Positions 58,053 to 64,000 of a DNA stretch of 64,000 nucleotides are shown in pieces; within the stretch, counting starts at the first letter, position 1, and the number at the start of each line of letters is the position of its first letter. The position numbers and the translations under genes are program-made. The notes beneath the pieces were generated by a model. That model had not been told where the DNA came from. It saw only the letters and a list, made by a program, of their open reading frames with translations, and searched no databases. Origin of the DNA: an uncultured Nitrososphaerota archaeon (GTDB lineage: Archaea; Thermoproteota; Nitrososphaeria; Conexivisphaerales; DTJL01); NCBI GenBank assembly GCA_963772005.1, contig CAVYVS010000021.1:52121-116120 (forward strand), in the 5' to 3' direction.

Positions 58053-59036
58053 ATGACGGCGATAGAAGTCGATGGGCTAACGAAGGTGTACCCGCCCGAT
58101 ATGAGGGTGGTGGATTCGATTAGCTTCAAGGTCGAAGACGGAGAAATCTTCGGGCTTCTGGGCCCGAATGGCGCTGGGAAGACCACGACCATCAAGATGA
58201 TTATAGGGCTTACCAGGCCCACATCCGGCTCGATGAAGATATGCGGGATTGATGCCCTTTCATCCTCATCTAAGGTTCGACAGATGATGGGGTACGTCCC
58301 TCAGGCCATCTCCGCCGACGGCGACCTTACTGGATACGAGAACCTTCTGATATTCTCGAAGCTCTTCTACGTCCCGAGGAAGGACCGCGAGCCCAGGATC
58401 AAGGAGGCGTTGCAGTGGATGGAACTCACGGACAGGGCCAACGATCTCGTAAAGCACTATTCGGGCGGCATGATGAGACGGCTTGAAATTGCGGAAGCCA
58501 TCGTGAGTCGTCCGAGGGTCCTCTTCTTGGACGAGCCCAGCATCGGGCTGGATCCGTCGTCCAAAAGGCAAGTCTGGCAGCACATAAAGCGCTTGAACAC
58601 GGATCTTAACATGACCGTCCTGATAACAACGCACGATATGGCAGAGGCCGACGAGCTATGCGGCAGGATCGCCATAATGAACCGTGGGCGATTCGTGGCT
58701 TTAGGCACTCCCGAGGAACTCAAACATGGGATGGGGGGCGATGTGGTGACCGTCTGGCTGTCTGGAAAGCCCGACGTTTTCCCGCCTATTGAAGTCGGAA
58801 AGCCGCTTCACGTGTTGGAGGATTCCGTTGACTTCCTGACCGCGAACGGGGAAACGGCCATCCCGAAGATCGTCGGTTTCTACGAGCAGAACGGATTCCA
58901 GGTCCTTTCGATGTCGCTCAACAAGCCCACTCTCGACGACGTCTTCCTGAAGTACGCCAAACTGCGCATCGAAGAGGCCGAGAGCTATACGCAGACGCGT
59001 CAGTCTCGCAGAACGTTCATGAGGCATGCTGGATAA
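58053..59036 (+). CDS. ABC-2 type exporter ATP-binding protein (DrrA-like)
   Basis: 327 aa with GPNGAGKTT, YSGGMMRRL and VLFLDEP. Confidence 0.9.
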   Translation: MTAIEVDGLTKVYPPDMRVVDSISFKVEDGEIFGLLGPNGAGKTTTIKMIIGLTRPTSGSMKICGIDALSSSSKVRQMMGYVPQAISADGDLTGYENLLIFSKLFYVPRKDREPRIKEALQWMELTDRANDLVKHYSGGMMRRLEIAEAIVSRPRVLFLDEPSIGLDPSSKRQVWQHIKRLNTDLNMTVLITTHDMAEADELCGRIAIMNRGRFVALGTPEELKHGMGGDVVTVWLSGKPDVFPPIEVGKPLHVLEDSVDFLTANGETAIPKIVGFYEQNGFQVLSMSLNKPTLDDVFLKYAKLRIEEAESYTQTRQSRRTFMRHAG

Positions 59037-59809
59037 TGAACGCAATTTCTCGTTTTGTCTCCAGCTCGCTCGCTGTTGCCGAGATGGAGGCAAGGAAGAT
59101 TCGTCACGATTCGACAGAGCTGTGGACTAGGGTGGTCCAGCCGGCGCTCTGGCTGTTGGTGTTCGGCGAGGTGTTTACAGGCATCCGGGCCATCTCGACG
59201 GGTCCTTACTCCTACATCCAGTTCATAACACCTGGAGTCTTGGCACAGTCCGTCCTCTTCGTGGCCATATTCTACGGCATCACCGTGGTCTGGGAACGGG
59301 ATGCTGGGCTGCTCCATAAACTCCTTTCAACCCCATCGCCAAGATCCTCGATAATAGTCGGCAAGACGCTCGCCGCCGGTGTGCGAGGCATCTTCCAGGC
59401 CATCATGATATTCGCCCTGGCCTTGATAATCGGCGTGAACCTCAGATTCGACGTACTGGACGTGATGGGCGTCTTCATCACGATAGTCGTATTTGCGATG
59501 TGCTTTTCCAGCCTCTCGATGATTCTGGCTTCGTACTTGAAGACACGCGACAGAATGATGGGAATTGGCCAGGCGATAACGATGCCCCTCTTCTTCGCCA
59601 GCAACGCCATCTATCCAATCTCCCTGATGCCGCCATGGTTGCAGGCCATCTCGGTCTATAACCCGTTGAGTTATGGTGTGGACGCGGTCAGGGCCATGAT
59701 TCTCACAGGCCAATACTCCAATCTGCCGGTGGATGCCGCTGTGCTCGGGGGCTTTACCATCCTGTTCTTGATCGTCGCTTCGATTTCAATACGTGGAATG
59801 GTGGAGTAG
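59036..59809 (+). CDS. ABC-2 type transporter permease
   Basis: 257 aa with six predicted TM helices. Its start overlaps the ATPase stop. Confidence 0.8.
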   Translation: MNAISRFVSSSLAVAEMEARKIRHDSTELWTRVVQPALWLLVFGEVFTGIRAISTGPYSYIQFITPGVLAQSVLFVAIFYGITVVWERDAGLLHKLLSTPSPRSSIIVGKTLAAGVRGIFQAIMIFALALIIGVNLRFDVLDVMGVFITIVVFAMCFSSLSMILASYLKTRDRMMGIGQAITMPLFFASNAIYPISLMPPWLQAISVYNPLSYGVDAVRAMILTGQYSNLPVDAAVLGGFTILFLIVASISIRGMVE

Positions 59810-59905
59810 AAGTCCTGCGGCCCGGAGCAGGAACGCGTGCATTTCTAGAGCTGTCACCTGTCTATGATGAAATGAAACAGAAACTAAGCAGGGTGTTGTG
59901 GTCGA

Positions 59906-60214
59906 CTAACCGAAGAGGGCGGCTAGGCCTTCGAGGGCTTCCTCTTCCTTCTTCTCTTCCTTCTTTTCCTCTTTCTTCTCTTCCTTCTTGGCCGGAGCGG
60001 CAGCTGCAGCTGGAGCAGCCTGTTGCTGAGCCGGCATAGCCACCGCCGCCTTCAACGCCTCATCGATATTGATTTCGCCGAGGGCCGCGACGAGCGCCTT
60101 GACCTTGATTTCGTCAGGCTGAACGCCAGCGGCGGTAATGATCTTCTTAATGCTCTCTTCGTCCACTTTCTTTCCTAGTCGGTGAAGTATGAGAGCAGCG
60201 TAAACATACTCCAT
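59906..60214 (-). CDS. rpl12: Ribosomal stalk protein P1 (L12e)
   Basis: 102 aa. It begins [11 protein letters not shown] and has an Ala-rich hinge, a KKEE repeat tail and a terminal EGLAALFG. Confidence 0.9.
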   Translation of the reverse strand: MEYVYAALILHRLGKKVDEESIKKIITAAGVQPDEIKVKALVAALGEINIDEALKAAVAMPAQQQAAPAAAAAPAKKEEKKEEKKEEKKEEEALEGLAALFG

Positions 60215-60477
60215 TTAATATCCCACGCCAGACAAGCACCTTTCTGAAGGTATTTAGACATTTCCTTTACTGTGGAGACCCGAATGCGTCTTCAAATCGG
60301 GTCGAAAGGATGGGCGTTGCCGCCCTTGTCCTCATTTCGAATCGCCAAGCGAGCCAGCCGCATCTGCGGCGCTGAGATGATTGAAGCCTTCGTCATCGAC
60401 AACGCCGAATGCAGAACTCTTTTATGCCGCTTAATCGCTAAGAGTTTGTGAATTAATGATGCCTGTTACCCAGGCAG

Positions 60478-62364
60478 ATGGGTGTGTTTTGTTTGGTTGA
60501 TTCTTCACTCATCCTGCGCGGCATCAAGGACCAAAAGCTCCTCATCCTAGGGAACGAAGCCGTGGTGAGAGGTGGCCTCGAGGCCGGAATCTCGGTGTTC
60601 ACTTCCTATCCGGGCACGCCAGCCTCAGAAATTCTTGATGTGGCTGCCGAGATTTCGAAAGAAGCAGGAATCGTTGCCGAGTACTCGATTAACGAAAAGG
60701 TAGCCATCGACACGGCGGCTGGCGCTGCCATGAACGGGCTGAGGGCCGTCACTTCAATGAAGCATGTAGGCCTGAACGTCGCTTCGGACACGTTCATGGC
60801 CCTCCCGTACTTCGCGCCCAAGTCCGCCCTCGTCATCGTCGTAGCTGACGATCCCGAAGCATATAGCAGTCAGAACGAACAGGACACCCGCAACTACGGC
60901 TACTTTGCTAATGTTCCCACACTCGAGCCTTCCGATCCCCAAGAGGCCAAGGACTGCATAGCTAGGGCTGTCGAGATATCCGAGTCGCTCGAACTGCCCG
61001 TCCTTGTGAGGCTTGACATACGGGTGAGCCACGTAAGGGGACCTGTCGTTCTAAACGACCTGAAGGCCCCTCCGGCTAGGAAGGAGTTCGTCAAGGAGAG
61101 GGGCAGATATCTCGCCATCCCGCCCTACCCCGTCAGGGCCCATGCAGCCTTGCTCGAAAAGATGGAACGCTGTAAGCAGGAAAGTTCGTCTCCAGAATTC
61201 GTAAAGGTCATCGAGAGGGGCTCTGACACCGGCGTCATCTGCTCCGGTTCGGCAGCCACGCATGTCCTAGACGCCGACATCCCCGGACCGATGCGGCCTG
61301 ACGTGATGAAGATGCTGATGGTCAACCCGCTGCCGGAGGCTGCCATCGTGAACTTCCTTTCGACTCACAGAAAGGTCTTGGTCGTTGAGGAGTTGGACCC
61401 CATCTTCGAGAACCGAATCAAGCAGCTCGCCTACGACAACGGTCTGAGGACTGTGATACTCGGCAAGGGAGCGGGGATTCCATCTGTGGGCGAGCTCATG
61501 CCTGCCGATGTGCGCCAGGCTATTTGCAACCTTGTGGGGATTTCGTCACCTAGGAAGGTCAGTCGGCCTGGACCCTCGGGTCCAGCAAGGCCTCCGGTAT
61601 TCTGCGCAGGATGCCCGCACCGAGCCTCAATGTATCTGATCAAGACGTTGGCAGGCAAGAATAGGGTGGTCGTGTCTGACATCGGCTGCTATGGGATGGG
61701 TAGCCTTTCGCCCACCGAGGTCGGCGACGTCCTCCTTGACATGGGGTTCAGCATCGGTGCTGCGGGGGGCTTTGCGATAGGGGCCAAGCTGAAACCGCTC
61801 GCTGTGATCGGAGACTCCACATTCCTCCACGCAGGCATACCAGCCCTCATAAACGCGGTCTGGAACAGGCACGACCTGGCGCTGATAATCCTCGACAACT
61901 ACATAACCGCCATGACTGGGCTGCAGCCCAATCCATCCAGCGGCCTTGATTCGCAGTTACAAAGCACGGACAGGATCGCCATCGAGGAACTGGTGAAGGC
62001 CTGCGGGGTCAAGAGTCTCAGGATTGTAGACCCAATGAAGGTCAAGGAGTCAAAGAAGGAGATCCGCGAGATGCTAGACGAAAAGGGCGTCTCCGTGATG
62101 ATACTCAGGCAACCATGCGCCCTCCTGACCAGCCGGCAGCTGAAAGCCGCAGGCCAGAAGGCCGCTGCCTACGAAGTCGTGGCCGAGAACTGCAACAACT
62201 GCAACGCCTGCCTGGTGCTCGCCAGCTGCCCTGCCCTCGTTCCTGCAGATTCCGGAAAGGACGGGGTTGCTGGGAGGGTCTCCATCGACCCGACTTCTTG
62301 CACGGGATGCGGCTTTTGCGCGGAGATATGTCCCTACGACGCAATCATACAGGGAGGAGAGTAG
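60478..62364 (+). CDS. iorA: Indolepyruvate:ferredoxin oxidoreductase alpha subunit
   Basis: 628 aa with the TPP motif GDSTFLHAG...LDN and two C-terminal 4Fe-4S motifs (CNNCNAC...CP and CTGCGFCAEICP). The exact start is uncertain. Confidence 0.9.
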   Translation: MGVFCLVDSSLILRGIKDQKLLILGNEAVVRGGLEAGISVFTSYPGTPASEILDVAAEISKEAGIVAEYSINEKVAIDTAAGAAMNGLRAVTSMKHVGLNVASDTFMALPYFAPKSALVIVVADDPEAYSSQNEQDTRNYGYFANVPTLEPSDPQEAKDCIARAVEISESLELPVLVRLDIRVSHVRGPVVLNDLKAPPARKEFVKERGRYLAIPPYPVRAHAALLEKMERCKQESSSPEFVKVIERGSDTGVICSGSAATHVLDADIPGPMRPDVMKMLMVNPLPEAAIVNFLSTHRKVLVVEELDPIFENRIKQLAYDNGLRTVILGKGAGIPSVGELMPADVRQAICNLVGISSPRKVSRPGPSGPARPPVFCAGCPHRASMYLIKTLAGKNRVVVSDIGCYGMGSLSPTEVGDVLLDMGFSIGAAGGFAIGAKLKPLAVIGDSTFLHAGIPALINAVWNRHDLALIILDNYITAMTGLQPNPSSGLDSQLQSTDRIAIEELVKACGVKSLRIVDPMKVKESKKEIREMLDEKGVSVMILRQPCALLTSRQLKAAGQKAAAYEVVAENCNNCNACLVLASCPALVPADSGKDGVAGRVSIDPTSCTGCGFCAEICPYDAIIQGGE

Positions 62365-62367
62365 CTG

Positions 62368-63006
62368 TTGGACAAGCCCATCTCGGTGGTCGTGTCGGGA
62401 GTCGGCGGTCAGGGAGTCCTCCTGGCCTCTGAAATCCTGGGCAACGCGGCGATGATCTCCGGGCTTGACGTCAGGGTCACCGAAACCCATGGCCTCAGTC
62501 AGAGGGGGGGCTCGCTCGTTTCCTTCGTCCGAATCGGCAGGGAAGTGCACTCTCCTCTCGTGGACCAAGAAGGGGCGGACTACATCATCTCGATGGAGCT
62601 TCTCGAGGCCCTGAAGTCATCCACGTATTCCAACGACAAGACCGTATGCATAGTCAGTACGCTCCAGATTCCACCGGTGACCGTGCTCAGCGGCAAGGCA
62701 AAATACCCACCTTCAAAGGAAATCATGTCCTCAGTGTCGGCCGTCTGCAAGAAAGCCTACTTCGTGGACGCCGCAGGAATGGCTTCGATGGCCGGGAAGA
62801 GCCTTTACCAAAACGCCGTGCTCTTAGGTTTCTTTTCCGGGGTGACGGAGGGGTTGTTGGAAAGGAAGGACTATGAGAAAGCGTTAGAGATTCTCGTTCC
62901 CCCCAAATCCTTCGCTTCGAACGTCAGGGCGTTTGATTTGGGACATCAGGCCTTCCTAAGCGCCCGAACTGAAGCGCTCCCAGAGCAGTCCAGCCAAACA
63001 CTTTAA
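62368..63006 (+). CDS. iorB: Indolepyruvate:ferredoxin oxidoreductase beta subunit
   Basis: 212 aa, TTG start 4 nt after iorA. VSGVGGQGVLLAS...THGLSQRGG is typical of the 2-oxoacid oxidoreductase gamma-like domain. Confidence 0.85.
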   Translation: MDKPISVVVSGVGGQGVLLASEILGNAAMISGLDVRVTETHGLSQRGGSLVSFVRIGREVHSPLVDQEGADYIISMELLEALKSSTYSNDKTVCIVSTLQIPPVTVLSGKAKYPPSKEIMSSVSAVCKKAYFVDAAGMASMAGKSLYQNAVLLGFFSGVTEGLLERKDYEKALEILVPPKSFASNVRAFDLGHQAFLSARTEALPEQSSQTL

Positions 63007-63030
63007 TGGAGAAATTCCTCACGTGCCATC

Positions 63031-64000
63031 GTGCGGCCTAACGTCCTGCTGACTTACAGATTGCCCGCTGCAGGGCTGAGCAGGCTGGCCGCCGCGCTAG
63101 GCGAGACCCCGGCGGTTCCCGAACATGCCCCTAGGATGAAAAGGTCGGAGCTCCTTGAAAAGATCGCAGATGCCGACGCCCTTCTTTGCTCTCCACATAC
63201 CAGGGTCGATTCCGAGCTTCTGGCCCAGGCCAGAAGACTCCGCGTCGTTTCGACCTACAGTGTGGGGTTCGATCACATCGACGTGGCTGAAGCCACGCGA
63301 CTAGGGATTTATGTGACCCATACGCCGGGCGTCTTATCCGGAGCGGTGGCCGACATCGCTTGGGGGCTCCTCCTAGCCACCTCGAGACACATCGTCACCG
63401 GGGATCGGTTTGTCCGGGAACGCCTTTGGAAATCCGAGAGCGACCTCGGCTTCATGATTGGTCACGATTTCCAAGGAATGACCTTGGGGGTAGTCGGATT
63501 TGGACGGATTGGAGTCGAGGTCGCAAGGCGAGGGAAAGGCTTCGGCATGAGGATACTCTACTACAGCAGAGCAAGGAAGCCTCCCATGGAAACTGAGTTG
63601 GGGGCAGAGCGCGCAGACCTTCCTAAATTGTTGAATGAGGCCGACTACATCTCTATCAACCTCCCCCTCACACGCGAGACTCGTCACATGATCGGCAAGA
63701 GGGAGCTTTCAATGATGAAGAAGACGGCGATACTGGTCAACACCAGCAGGGGAGCCATCATCGACGAAACGGCCCTCGCCGCAACCCTAAAGGCAGGAAA
63801 GATTGCCGGTGCAGGCCTCGACGTCTTCGAAATAGAGCCTCTCCCTCAAGATTCTCCGCTCCTAGGGTTGGACAACGTCGTGCTCCTCCCACACGTAGCG
63901 AGTGCCACGGTGGAGACTCGAGACAAGATGGCAATCCTGGCCGCTCAGAACATCATAGACGTGCTGGGCGGGAGGTTGCCGCAGGCCCTCCTCAATGGCG
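63031..64000 (+). CDS. D-isomer-specific 2-hydroxyacid dehydrogenase (glyoxylate/hydroxypyruvate reductase-like), 3' end beyond window
   Basis: The frame is open from GTG 63031 to the window edge, and it is not in the ORF track because no stop is reached. It has GVVGFGRIGVEVARR, NTSRGAIIDE and PHVASAT. Confidence 0.85.
   Translation, partial: MRPNVLLTYRLPAAGLSRLAAALGETPAVPEHAPRMKRSELLEKIADADALLCSPHTRVDSELLAQARRLRVVSTYSVGFDHIDVAEATRLGIYVTHTPGVLSGAVADIAWGLLLATSRHIVTGDRFVRERLWKSESDLGFMIGHDFQGMTLGVVGFGRIGVEVARRGKGFGMRILYYSRARKPPMETELGAERADLPKLLNEADYISINLPLTRETRHMIGKRELSMMKKTAILVNTSRGAIIDETALAATLKAGKIAGAGLDVFEIEPLPQDSPLLGLDNVVLLPHVASATVETRDKMAILAAQNIIDVLGGRLPQALLNG

Noticed and set aside
59935-59990. 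Short tandem AAGAAGGAAGAG-type repeats; considered as a repeat or CRISPR-like element
   Set aside because: They encode the KKEE tail of stalk protein P1, a normal low-complexity feature of that protein. There is no spacer-repeat architecture anywhere in the window.
1-64000. Looked for transposases, integrases, long terminal or inverted repeats, prophage genes, rRNA and CRISPR repeats
   Set aside because: None was recognised by eye in any frame. This was not an exhaustive computational repeat search, so short or diverged repeats could have been missed.

Overview
This is an archaeal chromosomal segment, densely coded on both strands. I saw no rRNA, no CRISPR array and no recognisable transposase, integrase or other mobile element.

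Lineage: the informational genes are archaeal (SRP54, Rpo4/RpoF, L21e, uL16/L10e, stalk protein P1, Pus10, Nob1, KsgA, Dph2/Dph6). A eukaryote-type topoisomerase IB and a LysW-carrier operon sit with them. Together these suggest a Thaumarchaeota/Nitrososphaeria-like TACK archaeon. This is inference; no search was run.

Main blocks:
- 4-9334: conserved archaeal translation/transcription superoperon.
- 9451-12612: nadK, nob1, a moaE-like gene, a BtrH-like gene and tRNA-Ala(GGC).
- 12717-17455: topoisomerase IB, an archaeosortase-family protein and an S9 peptidase.
- 17478-21095: dnaJ-dnaK-grpE.
- 23020-28116: a long coiled-coil protein, a small tail-anchored protein and a UPF0182-like membrane giant.
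- 29783-35610: two peroxiredoxins, an SPPY DNA methyltransferase with small uncharacterised neighbours, DUF72 and Dpo4/DinB.
- 35618-42743: aldo/keto reductase, threonine aldolase, rhomboid, MscS, an IDO-like heme dioxygenase and a PAP2 membrane protein.
- 42738-57963: a roughly 15 kb amino-acid supercluster. On the minus strand it reads ACT-like protein, argH, dapA-dapB-ask-lysA-dapL-asd. It diverges from argG-lysW-lysX-lysY-lysZ-lysJ-lysK on the plus strand.
- 58053-64000: an ABC-2 exporter pair, P1, iorAB and a 3'-truncated 2-hydroxyacid dehydrogenase.

The most pervasive unusual signal is at least 16 single-base frame breaks in about 13 conserved genes. They include essential uL16 and three genes of the LysW operon. 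One of them creates an apparent DapB-aspartokinase fusion, and one pair is compensating and invisible to ORF calling.

No clearly novel multi-gene system is proven. The best leads for uncharacterised biology are:
- the coiled-coil plus tail-anchored pair;
- the methyltransferase-adjacent small genes;
- a DRG-like protein that has lost its GTPase motifs;
- a Ser-for-Cys archaeosortase-family protein;
- an archaeal IDO-like gene;
- an ACT-like protein translationally coupled to argH.
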